From contig RDOB01000003.1 of NCBI GenBank assembly GCA_011364965.1, positions 496,939-560,938 of the forward strand: a stretch of 64,000 nt of DNA, written 5' to 3'. Shown piece by piece: positions 8,234-18,398 of this stretch. Position numbers and translations under genes: made by a program. The notes under the pieces were generated by a model that was not told the origin of the DNA, made no database searches, and worked only from the letters and a program-made list of their open reading frames with translations. Within the stretch, counting starts at the first letter, position 1. Each line of letters begins with the position of its first letter. This stretch comes from Candidatus Heimdallarchaeota archaeon (GTDB taxonomy: Archaea; Asgardarchaeota; Heimdallarchaeia; Hodarchaeales; Hodarchaeaceae).

Positions 8234-10984
8234 CTATACATCCAATACATCAAACCCTTCGACATCGACTTCTCCCATAACTTCTCTTATTTCTTTGAAA
8301 GCATTATCTATTGCCGTACTAATAGAAATACTAGGATCAGAAACGTCTATATACCGGCCACGAGGGGTCATGTCGCAGAGCTCACGAAGTTTAGGTGCTA
8401 GTGCCTTCACTTCTGATCCCACACCTACAATGACTATATTAATAGTCAAAAGATTCTCGTCAATAAAATCAGGTATTGATTGTGCCATTATTCTAGTGAA
8501 GATATCAGGTATAAGACTAGACCGTCTTTTTCGCTCAAGTGAAAATCTATGACTTTTATTATCTTCGCCATCAGTTAATGCTATGAGCCACTTCTGTTCG
8601 TTGCCTTTTTCGTTATTTAAAAAGATTAACGCGTCTCCCAACGCATCATAAAATGCAGTCATACCATCAGGATATTTTAAACTTGAAATTGTTTTGAGAA
8701 TTGTGCTTTCTCGGTTACGTACATCCCCTAGTGGCAACAATGTTTTAGATTCTGAGGAAAAAATAACAAGGCCAACTTTATCTTGAGGATTAATTTGATC
8801 TTGGAACAATTTTCTGGTTCCTTTTACAACAGATCTAATCTTAGAACCATCCATCGAACCAGAATAATCTAAAACAAATAAAGCCATTTTTGGCATAATC
8901 AACTTTTTCCTAATATTCGCTGCAGAAACTTTTGCTCGGTGACTCTCTGTAGAACGATCTAATTCATCATACGTTGAGGCCATACGATCAAGGCATTTTA
9001 AAGCAATATTTACATCATCCACTGATTTAGCTAAGTCAAATGATTTTTGAAGAAGTTTTAATCCTTCTTCGTGTTTGGCCTGTACAATATGGAAAATTGC
9101 ATATTTCAAATAACTGTGAGCAAGTCCACGTGTTTCATTATTCTTTTCCGCAAGATGAATAGCCTCTTTATATTCCCTCTCTGCTTTATCAAAGTCCCCT
9201 AAACGTTCATGGATTATCCCAAGGTTACCAATTCGAGTGATTAAACCTTTAGTATTATTGATTTCCTCATCATAAGCTTTTGCTCTTTCCAAAAGCTGCA
9301 AACTCATTTGATAAGCTTCACGGTCGAGATACAATAGGCCAAGATTATTAAGGCGAGAAGCTAAGCCTTTCTTGTCTCCTTGTTTCTCACCAATATCAAT
9401 AGCTTCCTGATAATGTTCCCGAGCCCTGTTAAAATCATTCCAAGCTCGATAGATGTTGCCAAGGTTATTTTTCGCTATGGCTATTCCTCGTTCGTTTTTC
9501 GTGGTTGTAAAGAGGGTGAGGGCTTTTTGGTAGTTTTGGTATGCGCGTTTAAGATCACCTCTATAATAGTCTGTATTTCCAAAACGTAGAGATGTTAATA
9601 GATTATCAAATGCTGAATGCAATGTTGCTACTTCCTTCCCCATACTTCGTGGATTCCCACGTAAATCTCTTGATAAATCGCCTTCTGCTATAAAATTTAC
9701 CATGCTAGTAAGTTCTTTAACAGGTTGTACAATTTTATTTGACATATATGAACCTGCTACAACGACTCCTATGATTACTACCGATAAAGCTAAGATAAAT
9801 ACCATCGTTTGTTGAATAGCTAGATTATTAATCGTATTTCTAATAGCTATGGCTGATGCAATTATATCTTGTTCTGGTACGACAATACCCAAAGAATATC
9901 CAGTTGTATTAATTGGAATGTAGGAAATATACCATGTTTTGCCCATCTTAGCGTAAGGTTCCGTCACAATTTGACCAGAAATCATTTTTGGTAAAATATT
10001 GGATTCAAAGGAAGTTTTTTCGGTAACTGATTGGCCAAATTCCAACTCTCCGAGAGTTGGGACTTCTTCAGCTTCGGGATCGGCTTCAGGGTGGGAAATA
10101 ACATTTCCCTGTGAATCAATCATAAAAGCATACCCATTATCCAGAACTTCCACTCCTAAAATAGCATCATTAATAACATCAATTGTAATATCTGCACTCA
10201 CAACTCCAATCAAAGATCCGTTGGAAAAGTGGGAAGGCCGGCCTATTGACATCAATAATCCTGCAGGATCCCAATAAGGGGAAGTAAATGCTGTAGAATC
10301 ATCATCCAAGCTTGCTGCGTTCGTATACCATTCTTCTGCATGAGGATCGTAATCAAATCCCGTTGTTTCATAAAAATCTATACACCATGACATACTATCA
10401 TAAGGATAGTTCTTAAATAAGTGCCCATCTCCTTCAAAACCGGCATAAAGCCATACATAATTGCGATTTGCTTTGTGCAAAGATCTAAACATATTATCCA
10501 TATTTGATGCGCTGTTTAGTATTTCCTGCATTTGAGAACTAAGATCGAAGGGATCATTCCCTCTCATATGCTCCTTGGGGAGATAATAACAGCTAACATC
10601 AAATGAGATGTAAGATTCATAATCCGAATCATAAGCTAGTCCAGGAACGTTATATCCTGTTTCTGCAAATTCTAAAGCAGAATCCCAATAATAAGAATGA
10701 CCAGGAGTGATATTCACTTCCCCATTAAAGAGCGATTCAGTATATCGATCCAGCATTTTGATTTCTGATTCATACTGTTTGAATGTTTCATCAATGAAAA
10801 GAGCTTCATCTGATGCAATACGCTCAAGATTTGCAATGGAATCAGCTCTAAGGGCATCACTTGAATCTTGAGAATTTTCCTGTGATAATAATAAAATCTG
10901 AGTACCGCTAAGTAATGCCAGAAAAATTACGGGAACAACTAATAATGTCATAAATACAACTAAAATTTTTCTCTGAAGGTTCAA
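8234..10984 (-). CDS. Membrane receptor TM-dCache_1-TM-HAMP-TPR(x~6)-vWA
   Basis: Cache (EEWY, FTSPYWD, SADIT, GYAFMIDSQGNVISHP), HAMP (IVQPVKELT...IAEGDLS...EVATLHSAFDNL), TPRs (NNLGNIY, NNLGLLY, GNLGIIH), vWA MIDAS (DYSGS...T...LTDGED). Confidence 0.9.
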   Translation of the reverse strand: MNLQRKILVVFMTLLVVPVIFLALLSGTQILLLSQENSQDSSDALRADSIANLERIASDEALFIDETFKQYESEIKMLDRYTESLFNGEVNITPGHSYYWDSALEFAETGYNVPGLAYDSDYESYISFDVSCYYLPKEHMRGNDPFDLSSQMQEILNSASNMDNMFRSLHKANRNYVWLYAGFEGDGHLFKNYPYDSMSWCIDFYETTGFDYDPHAEEWYTNAASLDDDSTAFTSPYWDPAGLLMSIGRPSHFSNGSLIGVVSADITIDVINDAILGVEVLDNGYAFMIDSQGNVISHPEADPEAEEVPTLGELEFGQSVTEKTSFESNILPKMISGQIVTEPYAKMGKTWYISYIPINTTGYSLGIVVPEQDIIASAIAIRNTINNLAIQQTMVFILALSVVIIGVVVAGSYMSNKIVQPVKELTSMVNFIAEGDLSRDLRGNPRSMGKEVATLHSAFDNLLTSLRFGNTDYYRGDLKRAYQNYQKALTLFTTTKNERGIAIAKNNLGNIYRAWNDFNRAREHYQEAIDIGEKQGDKKGLASRLNNLGLLYLDREAYQMSLQLLERAKAYDEEINNTKGLITRIGNLGIIHERLGDFDKAEREYKEAIHLAEKNNETRGLAHSYLKYAIFHIVQAKHEEGLKLLQKSFDLAKSVDDVNIALKCLDRMASTYDELDRSTESHRAKVSAANIRKKLIMPKMALFVLDYSGSMDGSKIRSVVKGTRKLFQDQINPQDKVGLVIFSSESKTLLPLGDVRNRESTILKTISSLKYPDGMTAFYDALGDALIFLNNEKGNEQKWLIALTDGEDNKSHRFSLERKRRSSLIPDIFTRIMAQSIPDFIDENLLTINIVIVGVGSEVKALAPKLRELCDMTPRGRYIDVSDPSISISTAIDNAFKEIREVMGEVDVEGFDVLDV

Positions 10985-11154
10985 ATTTGTATCAACCTCT
11001 CGTAGACCAAAAACTATTGGTGAAATTCAGCTCAAACCAGAAGTAGTTTATCTTTTAAATGCTCCTAATGACGAACCTGTAGAGAACTTCTACAATGTTA
11101 CAGCTTATATATTATGCAAATATAAGGTAAGAAAAAGAAGAGGCAATCCCTTCA

Positions 11155-13062
11155 ATGAAATCTACCGAATGGACTATTAATGACTCTCAGAACGTCTATG
11201 GAATAGGAAAAACTTTTCGGGAGTTTAATTTCCTAGAAATTAATTCCCAGGGAGAATTATGCTTGAGAATTAAAGACGAAATAATTTCATTCAAAGAAAT
11301 TCTATCCCGTCTTCATAAACAAATCACATGGACGGATATTGATCAATGTCCTTCATTAACCCTACGGATACCACAGCTGGTTGAATATCAAATTGCCAAA
11401 CTAAACCAATCTTTTTCAAAAGCACTCAATGAGTATAATTATAAAGGAGAGTTCACTGCTGTTTATCCTATTAAAGTAAATCAGCAGAAACATGCCATTA
11501 ATTCGGTATTAAAAAGCAAATTTATAAAATATGGACTTGAAGTGGGAACAAAAGCTGAATTTCTTATAACCCTAAGAGCCCTTAAAGACCATACTGATAG
11601 ATATTTAGTTTGCAATGGGGTAAAGGATTTAGAATATTTAGGATTAGCTATTAAAAAGCTTCAGGAAGGGTGGAATGTCCTCATATCGGTTGAAACCTTT
11701 AGAGAATTGAAAACTCTTCTCAATTTAACTACAGATCCATCAATCTTGAAATTGAGCTTGCGATTAAAACCCTATTTTTCTGTGAGTGGACACTGGGCGC
11801 ACTCATCAGGAAGGGACTCGAAATTTGGATTGTCTATCGGTGAATTAACAGAAGTTTTAACTTACCTAGAGGAAACTAATAATAAAAATATCGTTGTGGC
11901 TCTTCATGCTCATATTGGGTCTCAGATTACATCTCTTGAAGACTTCAAATTTTTAGCCCAATATCTCACTATATTGTATAAGGAATTTAGAAATAAAGGG
12001 TTACATAATCTTCACATATTAGACTTTGGTGGAGGGCTTTCAATAGATTATGAAGGAAGAATTACCGACAAAAATCCAGACACCTTTGATACTTATGCGA
12101 AGCATATAGTTGAAGGGATTGTAACAACAATAGATGATTTTGATCACCCTGATATCATGATTGAAACAGGTAGGGCTATTACTGCTCTTTCATCCATTGT
12201 ACTTGCTCAAATTCTTGAAATAAAAGATATTTTCCCAGAAGGAAAGATTAAGGATGAGGAAAAGGCTTTTGTTGAAGAATGGAAAAAGAGAATTCAAAAA
12301 ATTACTACAGTAGATGAATTCCGAACCACGTGGTTTGAGTTATTAGGTTATGATGCTAAAAAGAATTCATCTTTAAGAACTACTTCCGAGTTATTTCATC
12401 ATGAAATCCTAGTGAGCAAAATTCGTAGGCTATTTCGAAAAGAATTGGGAAAGGAGTTCTATCTGAAGACCCTACAACAATTCATAAGCGACCCAAGCCT
12501 TAATCTGCTTTTTACTCAAGCAGAGAAATATGCTCTTTGTAATTTCTCTGTCTTTAATAGCGCTTGTGATCATATTCTAGTTAAGCAATATTTTCCTATT
12601 TTTCCAATAGAATTTCTTGATAAACAACCAGAAACTATAGTTAGAATTGTAGATATTACTTGTGACTCTGATGGCGAGATATCCCAATTTATCACCAAAA
12701 GAACAGATACTCACCCTAAATTTACCCTTGATCATTACCCGCTCCAAATTCCAGTCCCTGTAACACTGAAAGGAATCCCCGTTCCCAATTGTGATGGTTT
12801 GAATGAATCTTATTTTGCAATTGGACTTTTAGGAGCTTATCAGGATATTATAGAATTCGATCATAATCTTCTAGGTGATCTTCCAGACGCATTAATTCAG
12901 TTAGATGGAGATGATTGGAAAATTGAATGGTCTTCAGACCCTGAAAGTCCACAAAAATTAATTACAAAAATGGGATACAAAGGAGATGAAATTTTCCCAA
13001 ATATGGGAAAAATGTCTTATGCAAAGGACTCGTGGAACAGAAAGGAGAATAATACTGATTAA
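11155..13062 (+). CDS. speA: Biosynthetic arginine decarboxylase (PLP fold III)
   Basis: VYPIKVNQ (PLP lysine), GLEVGTKAE, CNGVKD, SKFGL, HAHIGSQI, DFGGGL, ETGRA, NFSVFNS, DITCDSDG, GAYQ and HNL motifs. Confidence 0.93.
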   Translation: MKSTEWTINDSQNVYGIGKTFREFNFLEINSQGELCLRIKDEIISFKEILSRLHKQITWTDIDQCPSLTLRIPQLVEYQIAKLNQSFSKALNEYNYKGEFTAVYPIKVNQQKHAINSVLKSKFIKYGLEVGTKAEFLITLRALKDHTDRYLVCNGVKDLEYLGLAIKKLQEGWNVLISVETFRELKTLLNLTTDPSILKLSLRLKPYFSVSGHWAHSSGRDSKFGLSIGELTEVLTYLEETNNKNIVVALHAHIGSQITSLEDFKFLAQYLTILYKEFRNKGLHNLHILDFGGGLSIDYEGRITDKNPDTFDTYAKHIVEGIVTTIDDFDHPDIMIETGRAITALSSIVLAQILEIKDIFPEGKIKDEEKAFVEEWKKRIQKITTVDEFRTTWFELLGYDAKKNSSLRTTSELFHHEILVSKIRRLFRKELGKEFYLKTLQQFISDPSLNLLFTQAEKYALCNFSVFNSACDHILVKQYFPIFPIEFLDKQPETIVRIVDITCDSDGEISQFITKRTDTHPKFTLDHYPLQIPVPVTLKGIPVPNCDGLNESYFAIGLLGAYQDIIEFDHNLLGDLPDALIQLDGDDWKIEWSSDPESPQKLITKMGYKGDEIFPNMGKMSYAKDSWNRKENNTD

Positions 13063-13515
13063 TCATCATGTGAACTCCTTATTGTCTCATTTCCTACTAG
13101 TTCGACAGTAGTTCAAGCTTCTTCGATAAAAATGGACAGAAAAGAACTTAATACATCAAAATAGGTCCATGGAAAAAACATTTAAGAAAACTATATCTCA
13201 TTAGCGGAAGTTATCCAAGATTTCATATCAAATCTGTTTTCTGTTTTTCTTCATCAGATCATATCAATAATCTTTGTATGTAATTAATTAGGCATTATAT
13301 ATCCCTCTAGCAGTTCCTGAACTTCCTCAATGGAATATCTACGATCAAGTTCACCACACGATTAATGTGGAAGCTATAATTTTAAGTAATCGGGTTTGTT
13401 TCGATATAAACAAAAGGAAGACCATCCGCAAAAATGCTCCGTTTCCAATCTACCTCTTGTTTTATGGTTTCTAGCTCTATCTAGAGCAATTTATATTGCC
13501 ATCGTGCATGAAATT

Positions 13516-14091
13516 CTAAATCTTTTTTGTAGCTTTGATGAAAAACCACTTTTTATGGTTATCTGCAATTTTAAGGTGAAATTTGGTTTCATTAAGTATC
13601 TGTTTTACTACCATTAAATTACGATTCCTTTGTTTTGTACCATAACCAGTATTTATCTTCTTTCCACTAGGTAAGGTAATTTGTAGCCTTAAAATAAATA
13701 AATCATTCTGATTTGATATTGTTGCATCCCAAATCCAAAATTCCCCATTATTTTTTAAAACGCGATATGTTTCCTTGCACATTGCTCTAAATGTCTCCAA
13801 GGACATATACATTCCACTAAAGAATAATGTAGCATTGTCAAAATACTCATTAGTATAAGGAAGATCGGTTGCATCAGCTAGAATCCAATTAGCATTCAGA
13901 GCATGTGGTTTTGCCTCATCAATTTCGCTTTGAAGTTTATCTATGGCTGTAATTCGTTCTTTTCCAATTTGAGCTATGACCCCTTCTCCACCTCCTCCAA
14001 TATCAATAACTGAACCATCAGGTATTGATTCAATAATAATTTTTGTCATTGGAGTAAAAAGCATTTGAATAAATGGTTTTAATCTTCTCAT
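13516..14091 (-). CDS. Class I SAM-dependent methyltransferase
   Basis: VIDIGGGGEG, ADATDLPYTNEYFD, YRVLKNNG. Confidence 0.88.
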   Translation of the reverse strand: MRRLKPFIQMLFTPMTKIIIESIPDGSVIDIGGGGEGVIAQIGKERITAIDKLQSEIDEAKPHALNANWILADATDLPYTNEYFDNATLFFSGMYMSLETFRAMCKETYRVLKNNGEFWIWDATISNQNDLFILRLQITLPSGKKINTGYGTKQRNRNLMVVKQILNETKFHLKIADNHKKWFFIKATKKI

Positions 14092-14163
14092 TCTTTTTCA
14101 CTTTGCCTTAGAGAGAGTTTAATCAAAAATAAATAATCCAGAAAAGTAAATTTCTGATGACCA

Positions 14164-15156
14164 TCATGCAAGAGAATCCAAAACTGATTGTGGTAAATAA
14201 AAAGCAAACTTGCAGTTCTCATCTCCGTTAAGAACTGATGACAATAACTGCACTTTAACAGGTTGATCTAATACGGCTTCCCAATAGTTTTTGAAGTAAC
14301 CTGCGCTACAATTACAGAAAATTGGAGGAATTTGTTGATCTTCCATCAAAAAAGCTTCACGTATCCAAGGACAATGACAGTAATAATATCGTTTCTTTTG
14401 TTCATTGGGCTCATTAAGATACTGTTTAATCATATAAGGGGTTTTTTTTATCAAAACCTGGTTTCCTTCGCGTATTCCTGTTTCAATTGATTGATCATTT
14501 TTAACAAAATCGATAACTTGTTGATCAACTTCTTGTGTATAAAAAAGAGTCCCCTCTTCATGATGTTTCTCGAGAGTCTTTACATAGTTTTGATGTTTGA
14601 GTCGTAAAAATTCATCAATATCCTTACTTTTAAGGAATTCTTCCCGTGGTTTTTTATAAGCCTCTCTATACTTATCACGTAATCCATCTGCAAGGAATTC
14701 AACGCATTTTTTTCTGTCAACTTGAGCAAGGAATCGTTCTATCAATTTTTTGGTGATTTCAGGCTTCTTTTGCGGATTTGTACCAAGAGGGGGAAATGCG
14801 ATGTCTTTAAAGATAATATTTCTTATTTCATCCCCAAATTCTTTAGTTAAACGTTCCGAAAAGTTGACCAATACCTCCTTGCCATCAATAATTTCAATTG
14901 AAGCAATCAATAATTGATGATTCTTAATATAATGACCAAAACGCACAAGAGCAAGGTAATTATCAAATGAGTTCTTATTTTTTTCAATTAAATGAGTTGA
15001 GTAATTATAAACATCCTCATATGTTGCATAAATGATTGATTTATCCTTTTCAGATAGAAATTGATTAAAATCGTTAATAGTATCCACAGTATCAGTAATC
15101 TTTTCCAAGTCTATTTTTCTTTCCATCAAGAAGTCTGTAAATCCATCTACATCCAT
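14164..15156 (-). CDS. DUF6144-like / V4R-clan Cys-containing protein
   Basis: YYCHCPWIR...FCNCSAGY...PVKVQLLSSVLNGDENCKFAF. Start moved to ATG 15156, which follows a GGTGA RBS. Confidence 0.7.
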   Translation of the reverse strand: MDVDGFTDFLMERKIDLEKITDTVDTINDFNQFLSEKDKSIIYATYEDVYNYSTHLIEKNKNSFDNYLALVRFGHYIKNHQLLIASIEIIDGKEVLVNFSERLTKEFGDEIRNIIFKDIAFPPLGTNPQKKPEITKKLIERFLAQVDRKKCVEFLADGLRDKYREAYKKPREEFLKSKDIDEFLRLKHQNYVKTLEKHHEEGTLFYTQEVDQQVIDFVKNDQSIETGIREGNQVLIKKTPYMIKQYLNEPNEQKKRYYYCHCPWIREAFLMEDQQIPPIFCNCSAGYFKNYWEAVLDQPVKVQLLSSVLNGDENCKFAFYLPQSVLDSLA

Positions 15157-15462
15157 GTAATCACCCAAGATTTGAAAAATTACTAATCTAAATGACAATT
15201 AATGACAATAATTGGCATAATTTATTAGCACTATTGTGTTGGCAATTTTCTCTTTCATTATATTTTTTTTGAAAATTAATTTGAATCTAATGCGTTGGAT
15301 GGAAGAACTAATAATCTAAACCAGAAGAATTATTAAGGTTTCCTTTTAACTCACTAATTGACAAATTTATCAACACAAAGTTCAAAAAAAGTATTCTTTC
15401 AATTATCCAAACTCCAATCAAAAGAAAGATTAAGAATGATTTTTCGAATTTGGTGACTTTTT

Positions 15463-16155
15463 CTAATAGATCTTAGGTACGAGACGAAATTTGACTCGGT
15501 TCATGTATTCCTTATATCCTGGGAGGTGATTTACTAGCATATTTTCTTCTATTCGGATTCTATAAAGAAGCAAGAGAATAAATAATAAAGATCCTAATAA
15601 ACCGACCAACGATCCCAATGCAAGCGGAATGCAGATACAGAAAATTACTACTGTAAAATACATTGGATGTCTTATATAGCGATATGGACCAGTAGTTATC
15701 AGTTCATGGTCTTTGTGAATAACCAATCCTTTGGAAGCATATCTATTAACCTTATTAACATAGGTCATGGCAATTAACCCAAATATCAAGCCCATAAATC
15801 CAAGGATCTCAATATACCAAGGAAGGGGAGAGATCCTTAAAGCGTGATCAATACCAGGAAAAATCATGAGAAACACAAACACTGGTACAGCGAGAATCAT
15901 GAAAGTTTTATCAGGGAAAATTTTGGTATCTGGATCATCGGTAGTATATTTGCTTCGTTTCATTAATATCGCTGGATCTTTGATTAGAGAATAGAGTAAA
16001 TATAAGAATATATATACGAAAAAAATGATGATAAACAACCAACCTTCTAACCAAGAAAAATCATTAGCTGGAAGGAGGATAAGCGCTCCAAAGATAATAA
16101 ACGTTATTGGAGTGTAGAAAATCATGATTAATAAGATTTTAAGGCGGTCATTCAT
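15463..16155 (-). CDS. Isoprenylcysteine carboxyl methyltransferase (ICMT/PEMT) family membrane protein
   Basis: Multi-TM; HELITTGPYRYIRHPMY, RIRIEENML, GYKEY...RLVPKIY. Confidence 0.9.
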   Translation of the reverse strand: MNDRLKILLIMIFYTPITFIIFGALILLPANDFSWLEGWLFIIIFFVYIFLYLLYSLIKDPAILMKRSKYTTDDPDTKIFPDKTFMILAVPVFVFLMIFPGIDHALRISPLPWYIEILGFMGLIFGLIAMTYVNKVNRYASKGLVIHKDHELITTGPYRYIRHPMYFTVVIFCICIPLALGSLVGLLGSLLFILLLLYRIRIEENMLVNHLPGYKEYMNRVKFRLVPKIY

Positions 16156-16514
16156 ATATTTCCCTCGAAAGACAGATTTAAATTAGTTCTACAAGAAGAT
16201 TCACATAGTTAGGAAAAAATTACTAATATCTAGTTTTTAAGCAATTTTATTAACGCAAATTTCAATAATTGGTGCTTATTTAGTGGTATTAGAAAATTCG
16301 TGCTCAATTGCTTTTACAAATGCATTAAATTTGCTTTTCTCTTCCATAAATTCACCAGATAAACTTTCATTAATATTAGGATTCAAATAATTATTTATTC
16401 CTAAAATGGATATATTCAACATCACATATCAAAACGATTGCGCTAATCAAAAGGATTTTATAACAACAGACACTAGATTATATGAACCTTTTTTAAGCTA
16501 ACAAACAATGACTA

Positions 16515-16973
16515 ATGGAGATCGCCAATTTGATATCAAAAAGCATATTATTTCCCCTCATTACATTATTTACCATAATCATTGGATTAACAATTGCTTA
16601 TTTCATATCACAAGAATCAATTGCTGTGAATTTAGCGGAGATTGATACTGAATTTTCACTTCACATCGGGGAGTCAGCTATCATAAAAGATCAGGGGATC
16701 AAAATTAAATTTATTGATGTATTAGAAGATTCTAGATGTCCGAGTGATGTACAATGTATATGGGAGGGAACAGTCTCCTTAATGATAAATATAAAATATA
16801 ACGAACAGGATCTAGGGAATTTTGTTCTAAATTCAACTAATTTACATAAAGCATCCTTCATGGAGTATTATGTTCAATTCAAGGAGCTAAATCCATATCC
16901 GGTTTCAACCCAGATTATTCCAAAGACAGCGTATCAAGCCACTTTTAGAGTTGCTCAATATGGACTTGATTGA
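16515..16973 (+). CDS. Membrane-anchored secreted protein with DSRCP...CIWEG domain
   Basis: N-terminal TM; conserved-looking EDSRCPSDVQCIWEG and LNPYP motifs. Confidence 0.65.
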   Translation: MEIANLISKSILFPLITLFTIIIGLTIAYFISQESIAVNLAEIDTEFSLHIGESAIIKDQGIKIKFIDVLEDSRCPSDVQCIWEGTVSLMINIKYNEQDLGNFVLNSTNLHKASFMEYYVQFKELNPYPVSTQIIPKTAYQATFRVAQYGLD

Positions 16974-17405
16974 GATTTTTGATATTACATGTGATATATG
17001 ACATACTTGTAGAGGCAAATTAATAGCGAATTTTCAAGCTATTTTACAAATAGTGATCGCAATCTTCATCATATTCTGTTTTTGCCCTGGAATTGCAATC
17101 TTATTAGCTATCAACTTTTCTTTTATAATTATTGTAACTTATGAACACTAATATTTCAAATTTAATTGATTTAAATAAATAAAATGGATATATTGAAGTT
17201 TGTGAAAGAATTATCCCTGCTTTCAACCTTTACTCAAGCTATTGCTTTAAAGAGGCTTCCAAGAAACATGAGTTTGTCATAAGATTGAAATAAACATCTA
17301 AAGAAGGATTATTTTATCATACCAAGTTTCTTTCCTTCTTTATAACATAATTCCTGAATTTAAAAGCATTTTCGAAAAGTCCCTAAGGGGGATAAATGTT
17401 CAATT

Positions 17406-17795
17406 TCAAGTAGAGGCCTTAATACCAAAATCAATTCTGGAGGGAATTAGGATCCCATAGATTTTCTTGGTCAATTTATGGAATTGAATTTGTAATTGCT
17501 TATCTTGATCACCATGACTAGCAATATAATCCCAAGCATCTCGGGTAAGGCCATAATGCTGCAATCTGTCATTTATTATTTGTTCAAATGAATAAATTCC
17601 GTCTTGATATGAAATCGCCTTACTTAGTATCAAATCGAATTCAATAGCTAATTGTAAGTAAATCTTTTGCTCAGTTGAGGTTAGTTTGGATGAGGCAAGG
17701 GATTTGGGAAAAATAAAATCCAATGGTAAATGATAACTAAGCTTGATTGTGTTCAAGTCTTCTTCAGTTTCTTTATCTTCTATCATAACTTTCAT
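17406..17795 (-). CDS. Hypothetical protein
   Basis: 129-aa ATG ORF not overlapping other genes; no motif recognised. Confidence 0.5.
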   Translation of the reverse strand: MKVMIEDKETEEDLNTIKLSYHLPLDFIFPKSLASSKLTSTEQKIYLQLAIEFDLILSKAISYQDGIYSFEQIINDRLQHYGLTRDAWDYIASHGDQDKQLQIQFHKLTKKIYGILIPSRIDFGIKAST

Positions 17796-18398
17796 TTCCT
17801 TGTGTTTTGTCTAGTAAAGGAGATTTTCTCTGGATATTTCAATGAAATAGATAGAAAAATAGTTTGAGTTACACACATGTGTAAATAAGTCATCTCCATA
17901 AAAATTCAATTCACGAAAAAATGACCTAAATTACTCTTTAATGGACAGAAAGCATATATCTGGTTTTTTTTAATATTTAAGTAAAGAAACGTCTATTTGC
18001 TCACAATGGGAATATATACTTACTTTTTATCTTCTAAAAAGTATTTCAGAATTGTCAAAATCTGAATTAGGTTTAATCCTGATCCTGTTTCTACATCATA
18101 GAAATTATTGAGCTTTTGAAAAGCAAAATTTTAGAAAAAAAATTAATTTTCATCTATTAAATTAAAAATAACATTGATGGACTAATTTACTTGATTTAAG
18201 AGAAGATTTAGTGTTCCATTCCTTTATTAGATAAACTAATACCGTGAACCAATTTCCCAAAGGATTACCAAGAACTTCTGAAGGTAAATTACTAGTATCT
18301 ATATTTAGATTTTAATAAAGAACATATTTCACAGTATTTTACCAACGTATAGATTACCAAAATCTGAGTATTTAAAAGGTGAAAAACATCCTGATTAA

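Noticed and set aside
13063-13515. Stop-riddled coding-like sequence on the minus strand
   Set aside because: Probably another relic, but I could not assign a family.
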